Source: Pecten maximus
Taxonomy: Eukaryota
DNA: 64,000 nt
Reading direction: 5' to 3'
Assembly (NCBI RefSeq): GCF_902652985.1
Contig: NC_047019.1
Coordinates: 36,766,001 to 36,830,000 of the forward strand
The notes under the pieces are model-generated. The model did no database searches and was not told the origin of the DNA. It worked only from the letters and a program-made list of their open reading frames with translations. The translations under genes and the position numbers were made by a program. Below are positions 52,601-64,000 of this stretch, one piece after another (the first letter of the stretch is position 1; each line of letters begins with the position of its first letter).

Positions 52601-55583
52601 CAATTAATATCAGCCCATAGTCATTGACCATTTCTTAAAGACAAGTCTTTGTGATAGAGGTAAACAAATTACCAAGATACGATATCTGTCACGAAAGCTC
52701 GTATTTAAATCTGTCGACAGTTTTTTTATGAGAACAAGATTTCCAAAGCTGTGTACCATTGAGGATCAAAACCACCAGTAATTATCAGCACGATCTGTCA
52801 AGGTTACACAGTGAAACTAATGATAGTGTAGTTGCCTTAACCATCTATTAGTCTGGGAGGATCCGTTATCCTACCTGTAAACAACACTTGTTTATACGAC
52901 TGTTTAGCTAGGTAGGCGTCAATACATACATAACAGTAAGTCAACTTTAAATATCGACATTTTATATCAGGGGAGAGAGGATCCGAGGAATTCAATTCAA
53001 ATAATCCACTTTGTGACAGAAGCCTTCCTCATGCTTGACCTATCTTGACGGAGGCAATAATGAGATTGTTTATCCACGAGTTAGGAGTTTTTGAAGTGGT
53101 CAGCTCTCCTGTTTGAGTGTGGAGTTGACAAGGAATACTTTACTTACATGGATAGGTATAACCCGACTGGTAAGACAGCTAGGTTTATTTGGATATCAAA
53201 GTAAAGCTCCCTGTTTTGTCCTCAAATCCTACTATATCAGGAATAACGATATCACATGGAAGGTAAGCTGTTTTGCTCTATCGTGATCTTTTTGATGTTT
53301 TAATTAATACAAATGTACATAGTTTTACCTTAGTTGGAGAGCATATATGTGATCATAACCTGTGGAGTATCGGGGGTTATTGGAACCTGTAAAGACTAAT
53401 ATTATCTGGTTGTTATGCCAAATATTATATGAAATGTAGAAGTTGGCCGGCGTCCTCATAGTCATCCGTTAGTGTTGTGTTTTGTATTACCCTCTATTAT
53501 GGACGGCTGTTTATGCAATTTCAATAGCTTCATTTTACTATGCGATGGCTGTGTAGATGAAATACTGCCTAAGAGGCATTTAAATAATATCACATAAATC
53601 ATTTCCAAATCGCTTCGTAGCAGTATTGTCAGAAGACACATCGCAGACGGCATTTTTTATTTACAAAAATATTGATTTTTTACAGAACGTTAAATCGACC
53701 GCATGGTAAAGTAAGTTTGATGATTATTTTTTCCACGATGACGTTTAAACTGAAAGATATTTAATGTTGTATATTTTAAATATCAATGATAAGAATACAT
53801 ACACACAATTGTTTAACGTATAACTGTGTATATACAATATAGTGATGTATGAGAATAGTATATCTGAACAGTGACAAGAAACACATTTTCTAATTCAATC
53901 TTTGTGATTACTAGATTAATCCTAGATGTTTATTGAGATAATGGTAATCCATTTTTACAAATCACTGTAAATATTACGGGATTATCAACGACACTGATAG
54001 TCATTGTATTAGTGTTTAATCGCGAAACCTCCATATCTATATACATTGTATAAGTAAATTATGTCTAGTCATCCAATTAGTAACCGAGATGTATTATCTG
54101 TATATGGTATGTGTATAACTAGTATCATTATAGGTAACATATCCTGGTAAATGTTGATGATGTTGTAGTGTAGACCTTGTATATATATGCTATGTGTATA
54201 ACTAGTATCATGTTTAGGTTACATATCCTGGTAAACGTTGATGATGTAGTAGTGAAGTCTTTTCTCTAGCGTTATAAAGAAGTGTAAAGCAGATGCTCAT
54301 TTATGACATGTTTTCAGTGCTACTAGGTACAGGAACTATAACATAAACTATAACATAACCTATTCTGACGTGTGTTTTCGCATGCATAATAAATAGCATA
54401 TGTGTATCATATTGTAGAATTTTTCATATTTGCTTTTTTCCTGTTCATATCGACGAAACTCAAGTTGGAAGTTTTTGTTTTATTTCATCATGCAGAAAGC
54501 TCACTAAATAATTTGATATGGACTTCTTTCGTGGATTTCAAACGAAATGGAATCTGCTATAAGATGTTGTGTATGCTTTTTTTGTATATATGTAAATGTC
54601 GTGCTGTATAAATGGTATATATAAATATATACATTTGATAATAAACATTATTGAACACATCAGCTGGTGATAGACCCCCTTCAAGAGTACACAAAGGGAA
54701 ACTAAAAGAGATTTGTGTACCACAAAAGGCTATTGAACGTTGAGACTTTATCACATAAATCTTTGCCATTTATTTAGTTGTGACAGGCTTAGATTCGCTA
54801 CAAAATGTCAGAGTTGATATTTTACACTAGGTCTTCGTCAGTGTACACGACCCCCGTGCTGCCGGTGTTGATATATAATACCTAGATGTCATAATGGTCT
54901 ACTACTACTCGGCCACCACAATGAACACCTGACATACCTAACAATGTACGTCTAGCACATTACACCCTACAAATGATCGAACTTCTTCAATTATAATTAA
55001 TTTGAAATGATCAACAAGTCCACGCCATTAGTAGAATGTCGTTCTGTACACATGACAGACAAAGGCGCCACTCTGTAGCGACACCCGTTGTATTTATAGC
55101 GAGTTTATTTACCTCGGCACTGCATTTTAAATCGGCTTTTTACGTATAAATTCAGGTAGATGTATTTATTTAATAGAATCTTTTCACTTGCGTTAAATAC
55201 CTGGTATGAATTTGAATGTCCTTTGCCGGTACAGTAAGTTGCTATAATCGGATAGTAAGGATTTTCACTGAGGAATTACTTGTTGTTGATTAGCAGTCTA
55301 AAGTAACTGTGTACTACCTTTCTCCTTTCAGGGACATTTCATACATAAGGAGGAGGTGTGCTTTTCCTCTGGGACCTCTGGGCTAGGATTCTACGTCACC
55401 CCCGGCATTCCTAGTGTCCTAAAATTCCTCTACGGACTTTCCATTTACGGTAGACATATGTGTATGTTGTTTAACAGTAACTGGATCGGAGTACCATGAG
55501 TTTCGATTTCCGAATCAGCTATCACAAACTAGCACTACAACTAGCACGTAACAACAGCGACAGATTGATCGTGAATCGGCAAG

Positions 55584-56972
55584 ATGTCTGTTCAAATGGC
55601 GAACAACCCTCCTCCGGCTAAGCGTAGTCTAGGGTTCTTTCTGACGGAGAAAACTCCAACAAGAAGGTTTGAACCACGGGCGTCGATAGACAAACGTCAA
55701 CAAGAGAAAGCTATAATAGAGAACATTTCCCGTCGCATGTTTCCTGTTGGTGTCCGTGCTCCACTCTTGACTGACATACCGACATCCGAAAATCGTGGGG
55801 ATACCAGTTTCCGATTCGACGTTATAAGCCCAAAACGAATTTCCCGGCCCATGAAAGAGCAGCTGTCGTCTTCGTTCAGTCCACGCAAGAGGACTCCCAA
55901 CAACAGGTCACAGAATTCATCTAAAGCGCCATCTTTAATTTCCCCCAGACCAATTAAATTCCTGCTACCTGATGGATCGTATAAGGATAGTAAACCAATG
56001 GATGATGGAAGCAAGCAGCCGGACGCTTGGGAACAATGGAAGGAAAATATTGCTCGCGCCAAAGATGCACGTGACCGGATGTACCGAAATACATATTGTT
56101 TAGCAAAGGACAAGTTACGATACCATGTGTGTACACTACCACGTATTGTTAACGACAGACCTTGGACGGTCGGGGAGATTCCTATAGAAACTGGTAGAAA
56201 AAACATGGTGTTAGAGAGACAAGTAAATGACTTGGTGCTGTCAAACAGGACGACGATAGTGCCACAACCGGAGAGGAAGCGAATCGAATCAATACACATA
56301 AAAGGTCTACAAAAACAAAATACAATGGACTCGGTCGCTAGTGAAAATTGCTTTGAAGTTCGAAGGATTGAAGCAAGTACTGAATTCTTGAAAGAAAATG
56401 CCGGACAGTTAACGACAGTGGTTAGACAACCAAACGACATGGGGCGGATTTATGAATCTGCTTCCACTAAAAACCGGAAAATCGACCGTCCTTTGAAACA
56501 CGAAAATATGAAATACAGGCCAGCACAATGGGGAAATAAAGTTCCGATACGTCTGAGGAAACACTCGTCCCAAGGAAACACCGACAAAGACTATAAATCT
56601 GTAGAGGCTTATAAGGAGTATGTTGAATTGATGCAACAGCGGGGAGTAGAAGGGAAGAGCAATGATCACAGATCGGCAGACAGAGAGAGTAGTTTGGCGT
56701 CACGCTATGGGTACGAAAATAGGGTTCTACAGTCGGTCATAGACGTGAACCAGCCAAACCCAGCTACCAGTGCGGACGGTAAAAAGACCGGTAACCACGC
56801 CAACTCAATCGTGATTGAAATCAAACCCACGTGGGACGAACAAGACAGTAAGAAAAGTGATAAACAAGCGACATCGGACGATGGAAGGACGTGCCCAGTT
56901 AACTCGCCTTTACTCGGAACCCATGATGAGAAAGGTGAGCTTCGGGAGGAAGCTGAACATAAATCAGAGTAA
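55584..56972 (+). CDS. Uncharacterised 462-aa basic/polar, largely disordered protein; single coding exon
   Basis: 1389-nt GC-enriched ORF with aagATG start. A strong acceptor cctttctcctttcag ends at 55331 upstream. No domain recognised. Confidence 0.85.
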   Translation: MSVQMANNPPPAKRSLGFFLTEKTPTRRFEPRASIDKRQQEKAIIENISRRMFPVGVRAPLLTDIPTSENRGDTSFRFDVISPKRISRPMKEQLSSSFSPRKRTPNNRSQNSSKAPSLISPRPIKFLLPDGSYKDSKPMDDGSKQPDAWEQWKENIARAKDARDRMYRNTYCLAKDKLRYHVCTLPRIVNDRPWTVGEIPIETGRKNMVLERQVNDLVLSNRTTIVPQPERKRIESIHIKGLQKQNTMDSVASENCFEVRRIEASTEFLKENAGQLTTVVRQPNDMGRIYESASTKNRKIDRPLKHENMKYRPAQWGNKVPIRLRKHSSQGNTDKDYKSVEAYKEYVELMQQRGVEGKSNDHRSADRESSLASRYGYENRVLQSVIDVNQPNPATSADGKKTGNHANSIVIEIKPTWDEQDSKKSDKQATSDDGRTCPVNSPLLGTHDEKGELREEAEHKSE

Positions 56973-57434
56973 ATGCTATTTTGAAAATGTTGTGTTAACT
57001 CTATGTACAGACAATCGGTTTCACCTGTGGATTTTTAGTTCCATTGTGGAACACGACAATGTTCATTGACTAGTTAATGAAGCAATGGATTGCCTTGACG
57101 TTCCTGTATAGGGAGACTAAAAGCTTACATGTCGGTTAGTTAGATAACTATCTGTCATTGATCGGACATGACATTGCTTTCCTTTTGTATCTAAACAGAA
57201 ATCCATAATACAAATCAAAACTTAATAGGTATGATTCATTTACGTAAAATTGTATAACTCAATAACATTTATATCTTATGGTTGTTTACAGGAAAACAAT
57301 TTCCACAGCTAATCGATTATTCAAACAAACCTTTTGTTAATACATAGATTCACTAAACACATTCAATTAGTGGAAATATCGATATTGCTAATACATGGTT
57401 TTGTTGTAATGTAGCTAGGTATGTTTTAACATAT

Positions 57435-57616
57435 CGAACATTTCAGTATCAATATATGTATTTCCCATGCCGACTGAACATTTCAGTATCAATATACAAT
57501 AAATGTATGTATTCCCCATGCCGACTGAACATTTCAGTATCAATATTTGTATTTCCCATGCCAGCTGAATACTTCAGCATCAATATATGTACGTATTTCC
57601 CATGCCAGCTGAACAT
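57435..57616. repeat. ~40-50-bp tandem repeat, 4 copies
   Basis: gaacatttcagtatcaatat...tttcccatgcc(ga/ag)ct repeated. Confidence 0.8.
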
Positions 57617-59289
57617 TAAATCATGAACAAAAACTACAAAGTTGTTTTATTTGGAAAAATGAAGTTTTACTACAAAAACGCGCATAGTATTGTACGTATA
57701 TTAAAAAATTGTTTGGTACAAATCTTAACATCCTAAAATAGCATTGCACAGGGCCGTTTTCGTTTTTACGGTCCAAACGGTTTCACCAGTTGGACCGGTG
57801 TTGTTCGTTTATGAAATTAAGTCGGACCTGGTGATTTTATATTGTTTTCAGACGAGCCTTCCAAAGCCTGTATTAACATTTGCAGGTCCGTCAAGATATG
57901 TGTTTGAGATATTATATTTAATACCGACGACCAGGTTTGTCCGCATAAATGAACAGGCCCCATGTTTCTTTGTAATGCAAGTGCTTGGAGTTAAATCTAG
58001 TGACGTGGATACACGTACTTAATATCGTGGATGTGATCTCTTAATCCGGTCAGGCTGGATTGCAGTATGAAATCTTGTAAGTCCGGCCATGCTATAGTTT
58101 GTCAAATGGCTTCAGAGAAATTGTCCAGATTACCAAACCAAAAGGAGTCGACAACGGTTCCAAAATTTGTATCGTATATTGTGTATAGAGATGTCCGTGG
58201 CATATTTGATTTGATATAACGCGGGCATTTAGGCAAGAATCATATTGGAATATTAAACGGAGTTAACAAATTCAGTATAATATGGGCCAGAGTGAAATAT
58301 TTTATTTATCACATAACTCAACCTTCGATTAATTTAGATCAACCGTGCGTTCCTCGGTTCTCGTAGATTTTTTTTTTTTTTTTGAAAGTACCACTTGGAT
58401 CTAAGATGACAGAACTGGGGCTCTTCATTTGTCATGTAAATGTATTTTTTGCTCAAAAGAGACGGCGACTCTCCATTTGCGATGATTTTTTTTTAATTAT
58501 ATGTGTCGGGCTTTGTACATCAAAAAGGAAAATAAGAGGTTTTAATGTTTGAAACGGGCGATGGCCGCCATCTTTGGAACTCCCTTGAGGTTTATTTACT
58601 TTTCGTTATATGATACCTATTTGTTACAAGTGGCACGAACCCGATAAAGGAACACACTGAAAGTGAATATTGTGATAAAAATAACATAACGTTGACCGGA
58701 TCAATCAAGCTATATGATTAAACTGTCTTTATAACTGAAGGAAGCTATGTGGTCGAAAGATCGACCGTGTGTAACTGATATTCGTGATACTATAATACCC
58801 CGGTAGAATCACTCCATAAGACGACAGAAGTAGCTAAAATTGGTATAAACTACAACATAGCCTATATACCTTAACCAAAATATATCATACTTCAAACCTA
58901 CTCTGACTTCGATCATTATGAATATATTTTCAGTCTTTAAAATCAATCTCTTTCCGATCCTATACCAAACGAGTGTGTATACCATTTTAAACAGTTTATT
59001 TAGTACATAATCTCTCGATTAATACATTTGGTACTTTTTAACTACATAAATATAAGTCTTATCGGACTACTAATTATGCGTGTGCCGACCTGTTTTATTG
59101 GGTATGATAATCAACAGGGTGTGAAGTTTAAAAGCTCCTCACCTACTTGGGAACTTAACAATCACATTAAAGATAATGTCATTTATTATTTCTATCTGCA
59201 ATGAAACGCAAATAAAAGCACTGTTACGTTTGCCAATACATTTTGTATGTAATAGGATAAATTATAAACACCAATCACAAATACGCGAG

Positions 59290-59404
59290 TACAGTGGACA
59301 ATTTTTTTTGACCTGGTAGACGAAATTCGGCAGTCCGGAAAACTCGTAATCCGGACGGTTTTGGCTGGGAACGAAGGTGTTCGGATTATCGAGGGTCCAC
59401 TTTA
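59290..59404. mobile_element. Small pogo/Tc1-mariner-type MITE remnant, followed by (GGAC)n
   Basis: Termini TA-CAGTGGAC (59290) and GTCCACTT-TA (59395-59404); ggac microsatellite at ~59440-59468. Confidence 0.5.
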
Positions 59405-60544
59405 CATGTGTATTACATATATATGTATAACATGTATGTACGGACGGACGGACGGACGGACGGACGGAGGGTCGAATGGACAGTGGTCGACTAAACCTTT
59501 GGGAGGCAAAGCACAAAACGATTATATTTCCAAAATCTGTTTAATTTCCGTTCATTCCGTCGCTAAAAATCACGTATTTTGGAGAGGTCTAATGTGAAAT
59601 TGCGTTAAGAAATTTGAGTAACTCTTACTTTGAAAATTGCAATCGTTCTGAAAGTTAGTATGCTGTCCGTATGCAATCTGTTCTGTATATATAAACAGAA
59701 GTTCAACCTTTTGTTCTCTTTAGAATGTGATATGTAGTCGAAACCCATAGCTTATTGTGTCTAGGGATTTTGATAGACAATGTGATATTTTATTGTTCGA
59801 CATTCATCTCCCTCATCCAAAACTAAATAATTCATCGAGTGAGATTATTCCTGTTGGGTAGAGTAAAAGTGCAAAGCTTTTATAAACGAAATATGAAACC
59901 GTGTAAGTGCTATTAAAATGGAAATGTGTAATTTCATCACATAATAGAAATAAACAACAATATGTAAATAAATAAAGCCTGTTTACTTTAGATCTAAAGA
60001 TTTAATCAGGTTCAACCTATCGGTATAGGCAATTCGCGTACTTCAGTCTGAGTCTTAAACAAACAAAACTTTTATTTTATAATCTCGCTTCCTTCGTAAG
60101 AAGCCCCCTTGGTGTTTAAGTCCTGCATCACAATGAATATTCACTCTTTAAATGTTTCCATTTATTTCATATTTCAACATTAAGTTGAAAATATAGGTTA
60201 AGATACGACAAAATATCTTCCTGGTTTTTTCGAGGCTGTCGATGTGTCCCCTAGTTTCTGCTGACGATACATGATAAACATTTACGATACATTTCCATAG
60301 CAGCACAGCAGTATCTCAATCGTATTGTTCAGGTTCAGACAGTAAAAATTGATTTTTAAAGACTATCCTGTAGTATGTACATATTTATACAATGTACGCC
60401 GCCGTTAATTTTAGTTATGATAAGGTGCATTAGACCACCGTAATAAAACGCTTAAAAGGATCAGCAACGATATACAGCGTTCATAATCAGAAGAATGGTA
60501 AACGTACCCCAAAATAAACATCTACTATGGTTTCATATACTACC

Positions 60545-60618
60545 TTCATTGTGACGTCGCAACCATTGTGACGTCATGGACTGGTTGTCAGGCGAAGCGG
60601 GCGGGGCTGATCAGTAGA
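60545..60618 (+). promoter_or_regulatory. CpG-rich promoter/5' UTR with duplicated CRE-like sites and a GC box
   Basis: cattgtgacgtc twice (60547, 60564), perfect TGACGTCA at 60569-60576, and GGGCGGGG at ~60599-60606, directly before an ATG and a strong donor. Confidence 0.55.
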
Positions 60619-63600
60619 ATGTCGGCAATTTACGGACAGGATCCTCTCTCGCCGTTTGCGAGGTAAGGCCCCGGGCGCGTCGATAGATATAAGTACGAAT
60701 TATTGTATCATACAGAGCACATTTTATATACAGAATGTGTAGAAACATTAGTTTACCGATATCTAACTAGCTTATCCTCAACATCTGTTTCTATATCAAA
60801 TCGTTACTCTAACTCGTGTAAGTTGTTAGTGACGGCCATTAACCGCCATGTCTGCTGCCCCGAAGGCTCTTACCAGCACCACGGGCTTATATGTTTGTGA
60901 TGTTTATAAATATAATGATTTGATTACATATGTCTTTTTTTCCAAACTGACCCCTGGGGTACATTAATCTGATTCTTTGTAAATTACAATGTGGTTATAG
61001 TATGTTTCTTTTGGAACACATTGCAGCATGACTAGTAATCCTGATAATATCATGGGAAACACAACAAACTTGGGGAAATCAATCAATACATTAAACATAA
61101 AAACAAGGTCTTGATATTTAAGAATTGGATAAGAAGTAGTATACTGTTAATAGGAGAATCTATTACACCAATGTGGGACAATAAACGAGAAGGTAGTTTT
61201 GAAGATCATGGAGGGAAAACATAATTGGTTATCACAGTTGGCCATTATGAAAAATTCTATAGCAAAATAATGCTTGGAGAAGCTTAAACATTCTGACATA
61301 TCAAAATATTATATCTTAAACTATCTTAAATTAAATTATCTGATATATCACAATCAATATGTTTAAATAAGCTGACTAACAATGCAATATGAACCAATCT
61401 TATATCAAAATACTCAAATAAGCTAGTTTCTTACATAGCACGGGAAAATAATTCAATCATATAACACAATCTTGATTGGAACATTTTTTTTAAATCACTA
61501 GTCTTCAAAAAATAAAGTTGTAGACATTTTATACATTTTAAAAGAGGAAATACATATGATAATAAGGGGATTCATCCACCCGAACAGTAATACATATCCA
61601 ATATATTCAACTGTAAATGGGTCTTCTTTTACTTTCTGTACAGATTTATACAATACCCCAGGTCAAACACCAGTTCCTATATATAAACTGTCAATCAATC
61701 GAGAAAACACTGACGTTATTTCACTTTGTAAGAGGGGTGAGTCCGGGGCATCTGTGAGAGGCGACATTTTGTAAGAGGGGTGAGTCCGGGGCTCCTGTGA
61801 GAGTCGACATTTTGTAAGAGGGGTGAATCCGGGGCTCCTGTGAGAGTCAACATTTTGTAAGAGGAGTGAATCCGGGGCTCCTGTGAGAGTCAACATTTTG
61901 TAAGAGTGGTGAATTCGGGGCTCCTGTGAGAGTCGACATTTTGTAAGAGGGGTGGATCCGGGGCTCCTGTGAGAGTCGACATTTTGTAAGAGGGGTGAAT
62001 CCGGGGCTCCTGTGAGAGTCAACATTTTGTAAGTGGGGTGAATCCATGGCATCTGTGAGAGTCAACATTTTGTAAGAGGGGTGAATCCGGGGCTCCTGTG
62101 AGAGTCAACATTTTGTAAGAGGGGTGAATCCGGGGCTCCGGTGAGAGTCGACATTTTGTAAGAGGGGTGAATACATAGCTACCATCTCTAGAATAAATCT
62201 CTCAAATTGATGCTGTGAAAATAAAAATGATTTATTTAGTAAAAAAGAAAATAAAAGAAAAAAAAAACCTAAAAACTAAGATTTTTTTTATTGGCGACGC
62301 CTTATATATATACGAAAGCCTATTCGGTTCATTTTGAAAAGCAAAAGAAAAATATGTATCTCGTTAAAACGCGTTAGTTATCTCGTTAAAATGCGTTAGT
62401 TATCTCGTAAAACGCGTTTGTTATCTCGTTAAAATGCATTAGTTTTCTCGTTAAAACGTAATAGTTATCTCGTTTAAACGCGTTACTTATCTCGTTAAAA
62501 CGCGTTACTTATCTCGTTAAAACGCAATAGTTATCTCGTTAAAAAGCGTTAGTTATCTCGTTAAAACGATATAGTTATCACGTCAAACATGTTATGTTAT
62601 TTTGTTTCTGATCAGTCTGGACGATATAACTAACGTGTTTGAGCTAGAATATTTAACGTGTTTTAACGTGATAATTATCGCGATTTAACGACATACTTAA
62701 CTAGTTTTAACGAGATACATGTAACTAACTCGTTTTAACGAGATAAAATCATACTTACGCGTTTTAATGATATAGCTATCGCGTTTTAACGATTTATATT
62801 TTTTAAGTTTACATTTCAAAATGACCCTAATAGGCTTTCGTATATATAAGTTGCGTGATATCAGCATGGTTATATAATAATATGTGAATACAAAATGTAT
62901 GTACATTTGTAAACTTTATTACAGAACTCCTGGGACTGCCGACAGCCATTTATGGTCGCCCCGACTGAAGCCACGCTGGGGGGAATATGACGTCATCACT
63001 GATGATGGTCGTGATTGTCGGGTATCGGACGGGCTGTCAAGATTGTGAGTAAAATTAAGATTGTTTGCTTACTCAGACGCAGACGAACACCTCGATAAAT
63101 ATTTCGGTCTTTTTCTGAAAAGGTCAAGGCAGTGATTAAGAAATTTACAGCACCATCTAAGAGAATATATACGAATTGGTATTTTTTTTAATTGGTCAAT
63201 CATAGTGTCGAGAAATTGTTTGTCCGATTGTGTTAATGCTCACAGAAAGGAAAACAATTTACCCTGTGGTCAAAATAAATATATATTACAAAAATAAATT
63301 CGGTAAATAAGTGTCACGTTATCTTCTGGAAGCCATTGAAAAAGACAAATACATGTACCAATGTCGACAGCTACAGACAGTATAACCTGATAAAACTGAA
63401 AGCAGTACACAAAAGATGCTGACATGTTTTACGTAACAGGATATGAGTATCTCGGGAAAGCATAGGAAATAGGCAAATTAAATCAAATGAAAACGGTGTT
63501 AGGCACACAGAGGACTGTAAATATACCATCACCATATATATTTTTTACAGCCGCAGTAATTTTGATTGCTGTCATCAAGCAGAAGTTACCGGGAGTCATG

Positions 63601-63837
63601 ACCCTATCGATACCTTCGGCTGCAACAGGTGAGCTCTAGGTCTGGTAATTATTTTGGAGTTATCTCCCTTTGTCTTGTATTTCATCAATATGCCGCGCAC
63701 CGGGTTAAATTGTAAGTGTGTATCTCGCCGTTTCAATGTAAACAAGACACATTTAAACTTTAAAACAAGTACAATGACGATATGTGAACTTCAGTGCGAA
63801 AGTCTTGAGCACCAGACATGATCGGTTGGAGTCAAAG
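60619..63837 (+). CDS. 5' part (4 exons, 95 codons) of an unrecognised multi-exon gene continuing past the window
   Basis: Exons 60619-60662, 62925-63044, 63551-63628, 63795-63837 with donors gtaagg/gtgagt/gtgagc/gtaagc and cag acceptors. They give one stop-free frame: MSAIYGQDPLSPFARTPGTADSHLWSPRLKPRWGEYDVITDDGRDCRVSDGLSRFRSNFDCCHQAEVTGSHDPIDTFGCNSAKVLSTRHDRLESK. Confidence 0.7.
61726..62172. repeat. 43-bp tandem repeat, ~10 copies
   Basis: Unit ttgtaagaggggtgaatccggggctcctgtgagagtc(a/g)acatt. Confidence 0.95.
62311..62842. mobile_element. Foldback-type non-autonomous DNA transposon
   Basis: Terminal inverted repeats tacgaaagcctattcggttcattttgaaa / tttcaaaatgaccctaataggctttcgta (2 mismatches in 29), within a (TA)n site. 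Internal ~22-bp ttatctcgttaaaacgcgttag units are arranged as mirror-image arrays. Confidence 0.85.
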
Positions 63838-64000
63838 GTAAGCAGCATAATTATATACCGTAACACCAATGTTGTCAGCGCTCTAGGCTAGAGACTTTCC
63901 TTCATTGATGGATTTAATCAAACTTCGCACTTACAAGGGACAATCTCGAGATTCAGGGTTTTTCAAGTTAAAGGTTACCGATGCTATTGTAATCAAATCC

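Noticed and set aside
55697-56440. 247-aa antisense ORF, plus the smaller antisense ORFs over both orphan genes
   Set aside because: Shadow frames of real coding sequence with no independent splice or promoter support.
58735-58770. Second hammerhead-like string (ctgaagg..gtcgaaagatc), and a similar one near 28563-28590
   Set aside because: Core and stems do not form convincingly.
61663-62068. 129-aa and 73-aa minus-strand ORFs
   Set aside because: Translations of the 43-bp tandem repeat.

Overview
This is AT-rich, intron-containing animal DNA, not prokaryotic; no CRISPR, rRNA or tRNA genes were seen. The repeat families (Helentron-type non-autonomous elements with ~158-bp internal units, Penelope and CR1/L2-like remnants) suggest a bivalve mollusc, which is an inference. 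Genes were rebuilt by hand from GT-AG sites with consistent phase. (1) A complete 6-exon PDSS2 (2308-6482, +, 386 aa). (2-3) Two tandem 3-exon paralogs on the - strand (8417-12603 and 16219-20567), each a 154-aa DUF1772/anthrone-oxygenase-like membrane protein. (4) A 3-exon, 76-aa single-pass membrane microprotein (24381-27357, +) that the ORF track cannot show. (5-6) Two divergently oriented orphan genes with a single coding exon, 454 aa (-) and 462 aa (+). (7) The first four coding exons of an unrecognised gene running off the right edge (from 60619, +). Between them lie more than 10 unrelated minisatellites, several MITE/foldback hairpins, and a decayed Penelope element that still carries a minimal hammerhead-ribozyme motif. 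The best candidates for something new are the DUF1772 pair (shared cis-elements and an apparent gene-conversion tract) and the spliced microprotein.
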